A DNA stretch of 64,000 nucleotides from a candidate division WWE3 bacterium (GTDB taxonomy: Bacteria > Patescibacteriota > WWE3 > 2-01-FULL-39-13): positions 46,460 through 110,459 of the forward strand of contig CALRDH010000001.1 in assembly GCA_943354835.1 (NCBI GenBank). Direction: 5' to 3'. The position numbers and the translations under genes were made by a program. The notes beneath the pieces are model-generated. The model saw only the letters and a list, made by a program, of their open reading frames with translations. It had not been told where the DNA came from and made no database searches. Shown here one piece after another: positions 49,213-57,790 of this stretch (within the stretch, counting starts at the first letter, position 1; every line of letters begins with the position of its first letter).

Positions 49213-50730
49213 TTAATTACTTATTGGAAAACTTAAAATATCAGAAAGAACATCCGAAATAGTCTCGGAAATTGGAGTTGAGACGATGTCTGAAATAATC
49301 TCCGAGATTGGATTACTTATAACATCGCTGGTTGGAGTCGATGTTATGCCAGAAATTGGATTGCTGATGACATTAGAAATTCCGTCCGAAATTATTTCTG
49401 AGATTGGGTTACTCACGATGTTGCTAATTCCATCGCTAATTGGAGTTGATGTAATTTGTGATATTGGATTGCTGATAACATTTGAAATTCCATCCGAGAT
49501 AATCTCCGAAATCGGGTTACTAACGATGTTGCTGATTCCATCACTAATTGGATTTGAGGTTATTTGTGATATTGGACTTGAAACGATGTCCGAGAGAATC
49601 TCCGAAATTGGGTTACTAATTACATTCGAAATCCCATCCGAGATGATTTCCGAAATCGGGTTGCTTACGATATTGCTTATTCCATCGCTGATTGGATTTG
49701 AAGTTATATCAGATATTGGACTCGAGATGATGTCCGAGATTATCTCTGAAATTGGATTACTTACGATATTTGAGATTCCATCAGAGATGATTTCTGAAAT
49801 TGGATTACTTAGGATGTTACTAATTCTATCACTGATTGGGCTTGATGTTATGCCGGATATTGGGCTTGAGACGATGTCAGAAATTATTTCTGAGATTGGG
49901 TTACTTACAATATTACTGATTCCATCGCTGATTGGACTTGAGACAATGTCTGAAATTATCTCCGATAATGGATGACTTACGATATTACTAATTCCATTAC
50001 TTAACGGAGTACTTAAAATTACAGATGTCGGATTTGATAGTGGATCTGAAATTATTGGAGAAATAATATCTCCCTGTACTTCAACAAAAAACAAATGTTT
50101 TGATGTTTTTGAAGACTGATTTGCCTTGTCTATTGCTTGAACTTGCACTTCATAAATTCCAAGTGCTGGCCTTACTAAAATAAAAGTGTGAACAGGCTTT
50201 TCAATCACTTCAGAAACCATCGACCCATTAATAAAAAGTCTTGTGTACTTCAAATCATTATCAATTACACGAACAGAAATATTTACATTTTGCCCAAATT
50301 TATACCTTGCCGCAATAAATGACGTATCAGTAAACAAAATAATTGGAGGTGTATTTATTCCGGAAGAATCATCGTTATCGTCGTCGTCATCATCGTCGTC
50401 GGAATCTTCATCGTTATTATCATCATTATTATTGCTTGTATTTTGAATAGTTGAACTTTTTGCGTTTCTTCTACCTGAAGAAAGTACTAGATTCTCAACC
50501 TTTTTAATAACCTCATCAATTTTGCTATCGGACAAAACACTTCCTAAATTTGACTCTACATCATTCGTGACATAATCATCACCATTAATTTTATTAATAA
50601 AATATCCAATTGAAAGTCCAAGAGAAACCCCTGCAATAGAGGTCAAAAGCCAATAAATCCACTTACTCTGTAATTTTAATAACAAGCTTATAATTTTATT
50701 CACGAAAATGTTTATGGACAGAACATTCAA
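49213..50730 (-). CDS. membrane-anchored repeat protein: poly-acidic stretch, Ig-like segment, and a long C-terminal (x-x-I-S)n tetrapeptide-periodic array
   Basis: N-terminal transmembrane helix, NDDNNDEDSDDDDDDDDNDD, then about 280 aa of NPIS/EIIS/DGIS/NIVS units with a 12-nt period. Confidence 0.5.
   Translation of the reverse strand: MNVLSINIFVNKIISLLLKLQSKWIYWLLTSIAGVSLGLSIGYFINKINGDDYVTNDVESNLGSVLSDSKIDEVIKKVENLVLSSGRRNAKSSTIQNTSNNNDDNNDEDSDDDDDDDDNDDSSGINTPPIILFTDTSFIAARYKFGQNVNISVRVIDNDLKYTRLFINGSMVSEVIEKPVHTFILVRPALGIYEVQVQAIDKANQSSKTSKHLFFVEVQGDIISPIISDPLSNPTSVILSTPLSNGISNIVSHPLSEIISDIVSSPISDGISNIVSNPISEIISDIVSSPISGITSSPISDRISNILSNPISEIISDGISNIVSNPISEIISDIISSPISDITSNPISDGISNIVSNPISEIISDGISNVISNPISEILSDIVSSPISQITSNPISDGISNIVSNPISEIISDGISNVISNPISQITSTPISDGISNIVSNPISEIISDGISNVISNPISGITSTPTSDVISNPISEIISDIVSTPISETISDVLSDILSFPISN
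49216..50050. repeat. 12-nt-periodic degenerate tandem repeat array within the coding sequence
   Basis: Units such as ATTGGATTACTTACGATATT / ATCTCCGAAATTGG recur throughout. This produces a long antisense ORF artefact (49286-49975). Confidence 0.6.
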
Positions 50731-50740
50731 AACCTAAAGT

Positions 50741-52507
50741 TTGCGGGATTATACGCTGAAAATGCACAAATCGCAACACGTTATGACTTTCCCACCATGC
50801 TATTCTTTTTTAATGCAGGATTACGTATGGCAGTTTTTAAATGACTCAGAAATTAAAAATAAAGAAGACATCATTAAAGTTGTTCTAAAAAACAGGCAAA
50901 TTGAAGATGTTTCAGAGTTTCTTAATCCTAAAACACCATTTGAATTCATAAAAAACGATAAAGAAATGGTGGCACTTATAAAAGAGCACGTAATTCCAGC
51001 AAAAAAACTAATACTTGAAGCAATTAAAAAAGGACAGGAAATAATAATTCATGGCGATTATGACGTAGATGGACAAACAGCAACAGCAATTCTGTGGAAA
51101 ACGATTTATGAAGATCTTGGATACAAAAACGTAAAACCATTTATACCAAACAGATTCGATGACGGATACGGACTAAGCATAAAAAGCCTGGCGAATATAG
51201 GAGCTACACTTTCAAAAAGGGCAGGCCAAGCTTTAGCTAGGCCTGCCCTCTTAATAACGGTCGACTGTGGCATAGTTTCTATTGATGAAGTTCTGGAAGC
51301 AAAAAAGCTTGGATTTACGGTAATAATCACAGATCATCACGAATCACACAAAAATCTTCCAAAAGCAGATGAAATCATTCACACAACAAATGCAACTGGA
51401 GCTGGAATCGCGTGGGTACTTGCAAACGAACTTTCGCCAGAAACATCAATAAAAAAGCTAGGGCTCGCCGCACTTGGAACAATCTGCGATCTTCAACCTC
51501 TAATTGGATTTAATCGATCAATTGTTAAACATGGACTTTTAGAATTAAACCTAAACATGCCAATAGGAATAAACGCCCTTTCGCAAATTGCAGGAATAAA
51601 AGAAAAAATCGGCGAATACGAAGCAGGATGGCAAATCGGGCCAAGACTTAATGCTACTGGCAGAATGGAAGACGCAATGGATTCCTTAAGACTTTTATCA
51701 ACAAATTCAATGGAACAAGCTATTATACTTGCCAAAAAACTAAATTCGATTAATACACAAAGACAAGACAAAACAATTTCAGACACATTTTCGGCAATAC
51801 AAGAAATTGAAAAAGAAAATTCTGACGGAGTAATAAAGAATTTTATAGTTACATCAAGCACAAACTATCACGAAGGAATAATAGGACTTGTAGCAGGAAA
51901 ACTAACACAAAAATATCACAGGCCTGGAATTGCGATTGCTATAAACGAAAAGGAAGATATTGCAAAAGGTTCTGCAAGATCAATATCTGGGATATCAATT
52001 GTCGATGTGTTAAGAAAATTTAATGAACTTTTTGAAGGACTCGGCGGCCATGAAATGGCCGCCGGCTTTTCCATAAAACCTTCAAATATCCCTTTATTAA
52101 AAGAAAAACTCTACTCACTCAACGACTGGCCGTCTGAAATTTTTAACAAAACTCTAAAAATCGACGCGATTTTAGATACAAATTTAATATCACTTGATTC
52201 CTTAAACGAAATAAACAACCTAAAACCATTTGGCGCCGGGAATTTCGAGCCAGTCTTTTGCATAAAAAACATTACAGTTACTAACTTTTCAAGGTTCGGT
52301 AAAGAAAACGACCACCTAAAACTATTTCTTGAAGATAAGAATCACAATCAATTCACTGGCCTCGCTTTTGGAAAAGGAAACCTATCAAACTCACTTAAAA
52401 ATGGCCAAACTACAGACATCGTCTTTAATCTCTCTCAAAACACATGGAACGAAAAAACCACAATAGAAATAAAAATTAAGGATTTGAAAAAGAGCATTGA
52501 CGGTTAA
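50741..52507 (+). CDS. recJ: single-stranded-DNA-specific exonuclease RecJ (DHH/DHHA1)
   Basis: DHH motifs IIIHGDYDVDGQTA and ITDHH, plus a DHHA1 region with GGH (GLGGHEMAAG). The start is probably the internal MQDYVWQ. Confidence 0.8.
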   Translation: MRDYTLKMHKSQHVMTFPPCYSFLMQDYVWQFLNDSEIKNKEDIIKVVLKNRQIEDVSEFLNPKTPFEFIKNDKEMVALIKEHVIPAKKLILEAIKKGQEIIIHGDYDVDGQTATAILWKTIYEDLGYKNVKPFIPNRFDDGYGLSIKSLANIGATLSKRAGQALARPALLITVDCGIVSIDEVLEAKKLGFTVIITDHHESHKNLPKADEIIHTTNATGAGIAWVLANELSPETSIKKLGLAALGTICDLQPLIGFNRSIVKHGLLELNLNMPIGINALSQIAGIKEKIGEYEAGWQIGPRLNATGRMEDAMDSLRLLSTNSMEQAIILAKKLNSINTQRQDKTISDTFSAIQEIEKENSDGVIKNFIVTSSTNYHEGIIGLVAGKLTQKYHRPGIAIAINEKEDIAKGSARSISGISIVDVLRKFNELFEGLGGHEMAAGFSIKPSNIPLLKEKLYSLNDWPSEIFNKTLKIDAILDTNLISLDSLNEINNLKPFGAGNFEPVFCIKNITVTNFSRFGKENDHLKLFLEDKNHNQFTGLAFGKGNLSNSLKNGQTTDIVFNLSQNTWNEKTTIEIKIKDLKKSIDG

Positions 52508-52531
52508 TAACATACATCATAATGTATAGAC

Positions 52532-52789
52532 ATGAAGCGCACACAAATTTACCTAAAAGATACACAATATAGAAAACTAAAGGAATACTCCGATGCTAAA
52601 TCTGTAAGCCTTTCTGAAAGTGTTCGAGAGATGGTTGATGTTGGCTATGAAGTTACAACAAAAACTAAACAAATAAAAGTAAAAAAATTCGGTGTCGGAG
52701 ATCTCCTTTTAAATAGCAGAAATAGTATTGCCTTTAATGGCCCAAAAGATTTATCCCAAAATATTGATAAATTCGTATATGAAATCTGA
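52532..52789 (+). CDS. ribbon-helix-helix antitoxin (CopG/VapB-like)
   Basis: 85 aa. RTQIYLKDTQYRKLKEYSDAKSVSLSESVREMV fits an RHH N-terminus. Followed by a PIN gene. Confidence 0.45.
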   Translation: MKRTQIYLKDTQYRKLKEYSDAKSVSLSESVREMVDVGYEVTTKTKQIKVKKFGVGDLLLNSRNSIAFNGPKDLSQNIDKFVYEI

Positions 52790-53198
52790 TAATGAAATTT
52801 TCATAGATGCTAGCTTTTTTTGCGCATTTTATAACGAAAATGACGCATTATTTAAAAAAGCCTCATCATACATTGAACTTTTAAACACAAAAAAAATATT
52901 CACATCGAACTTTATCCTGCTTGAAAGTTACACTGTTATCTCACAACGTGTGTCAAAAAAAGCAGCAATTGAATTTGGCAAGACAATTCAAAACATGCCA
53001 GAAATTAAAATAATAAAAGTTGACCAAGATCTAGAAAAATCATCCTGGGGCATTTTTGAAATAATATCCGACAAAAACATGTCCTATGTTGATTGCTCAA
53101 CAATTGCATTAATGCAAGAATACTCAATTAAGCAACTTCTTACTTTCGATTCACACTTCAAAAAACATACAAAACAATTTGGATACAAAATTGTATAA
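52779..53198 (+). CDS. vapC: PIN-domain toxin (VapC-like)
   Basis: EIFIDASFFCAFYNEND N-terminal PIN motif. Start chosen at MKSDNE to limit the overlap; the ORF track starts at 52728. Confidence 0.6.
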   Translation: MKSDNEIFIDASFFCAFYNENDALFKKASSYIELLNTKKIFTSNFILLESYTVISQRVSKKAAIEFGKTIQNMPEIKIIKVDQDLEKSSWGIFEIISDKNMSYVDCSTIALMQEYSIKQLLTFDSHFKKHTKQFGYKIV

Positions 53199-53206
53199 TA
53201 TCTAGA

Positions 53207-54754
53207 ATGTCTTCTTTATATTCCAAAATTAAAATTGCTCTTGATTCAAAAAAAATAATATATAAGGAATTAAGACACGAAGCTGTTTTCACAAGCGAGG
53301 AAGCCGCAAAAATTCGAGGCACGAGTCCCGAAGAAGGCGCAAAGGCACTAATTTTTCAGGCAAAAAGATCTGGCCAAAACGAAAAGATTTTTATACAACT
53401 CGTAATTCAAGGAAATAAGCGCGTAGACAAAGAAAAATTTAAAGCACGCTTTGGATTCGAAACTTTAAAAATGGTTTCCGGTGACGAAGTTGAAAAAATA
53501 TCTGGAGTAAAACCAGGCGCTGTTGCACCATTTGGAAATTTATTTGAACCCGCAATTCAAGTTTTTGTCGAAGCAGGAATTATAAGAACTTCGGAAATAG
53601 AATTTAACGCAGGAGATCACAAAATAAGCATAAGAATGAATACTGGCGATTGGGTTAAAATTGTAAAACCAACCCTTGGAAAATTCGCTGAAAAAGAGGT
53701 TCAAGAAAAACGAAAAAATACAGAAGAAGTGAAATTGCTTCCTGCTCCAGAAGTTCATACAGAAGAAACTCATGCGAAAAAGCAGACAGAGCAACCCGAA
53801 TCAAAACATAAGTTCAAAAGAAACAAAATTGTAGCTCATAAATACGTCTATTCATTTTTGGTAGGAACTCTAATGGTTGCCTCTTTTACAGCAGGGAATT
53901 TATTAAAACCAGAAAAACAGGTTCCAGTGCAAATCGTATCCAATCAAGATTTACCTGAAGTTTTAGGTATAGCAGATGCATCGACCAATGTTGATTCTGA
54001 AACGCCAAAAATCGAAGTAGCTCCACCAGAGGTTTCTGCAAAAGCATACGGAATCTTTGACATGAAAAAAGACACGTCAATTTATACAAAAAATCCTGAT
54101 CTTCCACTTCCTCCAGCGTCTGTTACAAAAGTTATGACTGCAATTGTTGCAATGGATCAAGACGATCTCGAAAAACCGGTTCAAATCCCAGAGAATTGTA
54201 CAAAAATTAATGCAAGTAAAGTTGGATTTGTGGCAAACGAAGTTTTGACACTTGAAGATGTTTTATATGGACTTTTAGTCAGATCAGGAGCCGATGCCGC
54301 ATGTGCTTTGGCAAATTTATACAACGAAACGGATTTCATAGATAAAATGAACCAAAAAGCAAATGAGATTGGAATGGAAAAAACGATTTTTGAAAATCCA
54401 ATAGGCCTTGATTCAGACAAGTTTCAGTTTTCAACTGTTAATGATTTAGAAAAGCTAACGAAATACAGTCTTAAATACGGCGTTTTTAGAAAAATCGTCG
54501 GCACTAAAGAAATAACTTTGAGATCTCTAACCAATCCAAATAGAACTTACAAAATAAAAAATACGAATGATCTTCTTTTCACAATTCCTGGAACTGTTGG
54601 CGTAAAAACAGGTTTTACAACAGGCGCAAGAGAATGCTTAATCTACTTATATGAAGATAATGACAACCAATTTCTAATCGTTGTTTTAGGTTCTGAAGAC
54701 AGATTCGGCGATACTACAAAACTTATCAATTGGACAAAGGAAAACCTTCAATAA
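53207..54754 (+). CDS. fusion of a YbaK/ProX-like aminoacyl-tRNA deacylase domain, a transmembrane helix, and a D-alanyl-D-alanine carboxypeptidase (peptidase S11, PBP5-like)
   Basis: The N-terminal ~170 aa match the YbaK pattern (SEEAAKIRG...GAKALIF...KPGAVAPFGN). Transmembrane helix VYSFLVGTLMVASFTAG. The C-terminal half has SVTK (SxxK), SGAD (SxN-like) and KTGFTTGA (KTG). Confidence 0.55.
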   Translation: MSSLYSKIKIALDSKKIIYKELRHEAVFTSEEAAKIRGTSPEEGAKALIFQAKRSGQNEKIFIQLVIQGNKRVDKEKFKARFGFETLKMVSGDEVEKISGVKPGAVAPFGNLFEPAIQVFVEAGIIRTSEIEFNAGDHKISIRMNTGDWVKIVKPTLGKFAEKEVQEKRKNTEEVKLLPAPEVHTEETHAKKQTEQPESKHKFKRNKIVAHKYVYSFLVGTLMVASFTAGNLLKPEKQVPVQIVSNQDLPEVLGIADASTNVDSETPKIEVAPPEVSAKAYGIFDMKKDTSIYTKNPDLPLPPASVTKVMTAIVAMDQDDLEKPVQIPENCTKINASKVGFVANEVLTLEDVLYGLLVRSGADAACALANLYNETDFIDKMNQKANEIGMEKTIFENPIGLDSDKFQFSTVNDLEKLTKYSLKYGVFRKIVGTKEITLRSLTNPNRTYKIKNTNDLLFTIPGTVGVKTGFTTGARECLIYLYEDNDNQFLIVVLGSEDRFGDTTKLINWTKENLQ

Positions 54755-55142
54755 ATCTTTTAATAATTTGACAGGCAGCTATTGAGTCATCTACTTTTCT
54801 ACGCTTCATAGAAACACCAGAAGCCACTGCAATCTCTGACGACTCGTTTGTCGTTCCGAACTCATCGACATAAACTAACTTTATATTTTCTGGCAGCTTG
54901 CTCTTTAAGAAGTCTCCGAAAGCTTTGACTTTTTCTGATGATTTAGTTGGAACGCCGTTAATATATGGAAGACCTATTACTACAATTTCAATTCTTTCGT
55001 CGTTTATTATTTTTAGTATCGAATTTTGTATATCGGATTGAAAAATCCCAAAAGGAGAAACGATATCATTTACGCCAAGAGCTACACCAACATTCTTTTC
55101 ACCATAATCGATTCCGAGTATCCGCATATTACTTTTTATCAA
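54726..55142 (-). CDS. ruvX: putative pre-16S rRNA nuclease / Holliday-junction-resolvase-like YqgF
   Basis: MRILGIDYGEKNVGVALG N-terminus and RNase H-like fold size (138 aa). Confidence 0.8.
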   Translation of the reverse strand: MIKSNMRILGIDYGEKNVGVALGVNDIVSPFGIFQSDIQNSILKIINDERIEIVVIGLPYINGVPTKSSEKVKAFGDFLKSKLPENIKLVYVDEFGTTNESSEIAVASGVSMKRRKVDDSIAACQIIKRFIEGFPLSN

Positions 55143-56622
55143 TTACTATTTCGATGTTTTTGGAAAGATGAGGCATAGTTTGTATAATCGCAGGCATTTT
55201 TGGACTTAGTGTAATCTCAAATCCCTTAATACTCGAAATAGAATTTAAATAACTTTGTGCTTGATCTAATTTCATACCAGTCATGTCTGATATTATTTTC
55301 TTTTCATCAAGGTTTGGCGTTATATAACTTCGAAGTTTGATTTGAAGGTCAACAATGCCTGTTCCTGCTTTTGCTTTTGTGGCAGCAACTTCATATTCAG
55401 GCTTGCCTCCATCTAAACTATATTCTGAAGGCACAACTGTTTTAACAAGTTCGGATACAATTTCATCAAGATTTTTTTGATCATAAACAATTCCGACACC
55501 CTTTGTTGTCATTTCCAAAGTTAACTCATCTCCTTCTTCGGCAAGTTTTTTATCAAAAGTTCCTGATACAGTTGTAAATTCAATTGAAGATTCAGGTAAC
55601 GTTTGACCTGTTACAACTTTCTTTTTTATCGCTTCTATGACTTTCGTTTTCATAAATTCATCAAGAGTTCTTTTTAGCCCATCTAAATCGGCTTGTGCGA
55701 CAACATTTGCTTCTTTCAGTGTTCCACCTTCAAGATTTTCTTTATTTTCACCAACCAATTTTTCTGTGTTGTAATTATCAACTTCAAATTTTTCTTCTTT
55801 ATCTTGATTATATTTATCACCATACGAAACGGCAGTAATACTTACCTCTTTACTACCGTATTCTGTAGTAGAACCGCCAGTTCCTGTTGGTGTCTTTATT
55901 TGTGCAGGAATATCAATGTTTTCTTGAATTTCATACTTTAAACTTTCGTTATCTGTTGAAATAAGTTTTATAACCTTACCCTTTTTAAGCGTTATAACTT
56001 CGTCTGTCTTGTTAAAAAGCGTAACTTTTCCTTTGGCACTATCTCCAATTTCCTTTTTTCCAGTTGTCGGAATAGTCTGGGAATCAGAAACCGTAACATC
56101 AACATTAATTGCTGGAATAGTTGAATCAGCTACAGAAACAGAAGTCGCAGTTGGACTTGCCTTGATATCTAGAATTTTAACTAATATTTGAGAATCAATA
56201 GAAACAGTAACCTTTGCAGACGGCAAATACCACCACAATGCAAATCCACCACCAAAAAATATTAATAAAAAGGCAGCAACATATATCAAAACTTTTGCAC
56301 CTTTAATATTAAGTTTAAATTCTCTTCTTTCTTTTTTAGGTTTTTGATCCATATTTAAATCTACCGATTCGTCTGGTGTTTGCATAAAATCTCCGTTTAC
56401 GGCATCAATATAGTCTTTGTGTGATTTATTTTCAACATCGAAAGTAACTGTTTTATTTTTTTCGTTAGCTAATTTTTGGAGAATTTTTAAATTTAAAGAT
56501 TTTAAATATAACGTTGATTTCTTCTTGAAAAGGATTTTGACATCAGATTCTACTGCATCGTCAATTGCAATAATCAAATCATTAATTTCTGTAGTTTCAT
56601 CGGCCGTAATATTATAATTCAT
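55129..56622 (-). CDS. membrane-anchored hypothetical protein, possibly cell-division-associated
   Basis: Cytoplasmic N-terminus, a single transmembrane helix (VLIYVAAFLLIFFGGGFALWWYL) and a ~350-aa external domain. Directly downstream of the ftsA-like gene. Confidence 0.35.
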   Translation of the reverse strand: MNYNITADETTEINDLIIAIDDAVESDVKILFKKKSTLYLKSLNLKILQKLANEKNKTVTFDVENKSHKDYIDAVNGDFMQTPDESVDLNMDQKPKKERREFKLNIKGAKVLIYVAAFLLIFFGGGFALWWYLPSAKVTVSIDSQILVKILDIKASPTATSVSVADSTIPAINVDVTVSDSQTIPTTGKKEIGDSAKGKVTLFNKTDEVITLKKGKVIKLISTDNESLKYEIQENIDIPAQIKTPTGTGGSTTEYGSKEVSITAVSYGDKYNQDKEEKFEVDNYNTEKLVGENKENLEGGTLKEANVVAQADLDGLKRTLDEFMKTKVIEAIKKKVVTGQTLPESSIEFTTVSGTFDKKLAEEGDELTLEMTTKGVGIVYDQKNLDEIVSELVKTVVPSEYSLDGGKPEYEVAATKAKAGTGIVDLQIKLRSYITPNLDEKKIISDMTGMKLDQAQSYLNSISSIKGFEITLSPKMPAIIQTMPHLSKNIEIVIDKK

Positions 56623-57781
56623 CTGCTTGATCTAGCTCTAATTTAATAACTCCTAAAGTCCCCGTAACAAACATGCGAGATTTATCTAAAACATTAAGTT
56701 CATCTAGTATATTTTTATCTAGCGACTTTCCATCTGTAGATAAAATTTCGACATCATTTGCAAATGGGATTGCTTTTCTCCATTCATCTTCAAGCATAAC
56801 TTCCTGAATTAATGGAAGCATTGATCCTCCACCGCTTAAATAAATCTTATGAGGAAAGCTTTTAATTCCAGACATAGACTCAAGTGAAGTCGCAAATGCT
56901 GTTCTCCAAACTTTTGAAGCATCATACAGGCAGTCGCCGAATTTATCCATCGATTCCTCATCTAGCGTGCCAAAAGCAAATGCCTCTTTTTTTGAATTTG
57001 CAGCGGCAAAATCAAATCCATGTTTATCGACTAAATGTCTTGAGAAATAACTTCCGCCAATTTCAAATGATCTCGATTGAATAATGTTTTTACCTAATAT
57101 ACATGCGACATCAGTATAGTCTTTTCCAATATCAACAAGTAAGAAATTTTTAGCATCTTCCGAAAGAAGCTTTGATTGTGAATAAATCGTAGTTGTAACT
57201 GTTATAGATGAGAATTTTAGATCGTTAATCAAACTTAAAATCCATCTGTAATATTTTTTGCTTGAGTAAGAACAAAATGCGCTAATTTTTACAAACTCGC
57301 CAGTTACTCCCACAGGTTCGGAAACGACAGCGTCATCAACTTGTATTAAAGTAACAACCAAATCTAAAGGTTCAAACCCATCATCATCTGCTGACCAAAA
57401 GGACCACTTCTTTTTTGCTTGTTCATAGCACGAATCGCGAACTTGATCATAAATCGTTGAAATTTCTTTTTCGGTAATTTGCTTTTCTGCATTTTTTCTT
57501 TTAATTTTGGCAATTAGAGTAAATCCAAAAACTTCAGGACCACTTAAACCAATAATGGCATCGGTTGCTTTTAAATTTGATTGAGACAAACATTCTTTAA
57601 CGGAACTTCGAACGACTTCTTTTCGTAATAAATCTTTGTAGCTATCAGAAATTGAAAAGCCTTTTAAAGAGAGCTTTTTAGAATCTAGATCTTCCTCAAA
57701 CGATAACGTCTTTAAAGAAGTCGGAGAAAAATCCAAAACTAAATATCCATTCGTGTGAGATTTTGATTTTGGCAGTTTCAC
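56612..57781 (-). CDS. actin-fold ATPase, FtsA/PilM-like
   Basis: LLVDIGKDYTDVACI and KIYLSGGGSMLPLI correspond to the FtsA phosphate-2 and adenosine motifs. Confidence 0.5.
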   Translation of the reverse strand: MKLPKSKSHTNGYLVLDFSPTSLKTLSFEEDLDSKKLSLKGFSISDSYKDLLRKEVVRSSVKECLSQSNLKATDAIIGLSGPEVFGFTLIAKIKRKNAEKQITEKEISTIYDQVRDSCYEQAKKKWSFWSADDDGFEPLDLVVTLIQVDDAVVSEPVGVTGEFVKISAFCSYSSKKYYRWILSLINDLKFSSITVTTTIYSQSKLLSEDAKNFLLVDIGKDYTDVACILGKNIIQSRSFEIGGSYFSRHLVDKHGFDFAAANSKKEAFAFGTLDEESMDKFGDCLYDASKVWRTAFATSLESMSGIKSFPHKIYLSGGGSMLPLIQEVMLEDEWRKAIPFANDVEILSTDGKSLDKNILDELNVLDKSRMFVTGTLGVIKLELDQADEL

Positions 57782-57790
57782 AATCGAATT

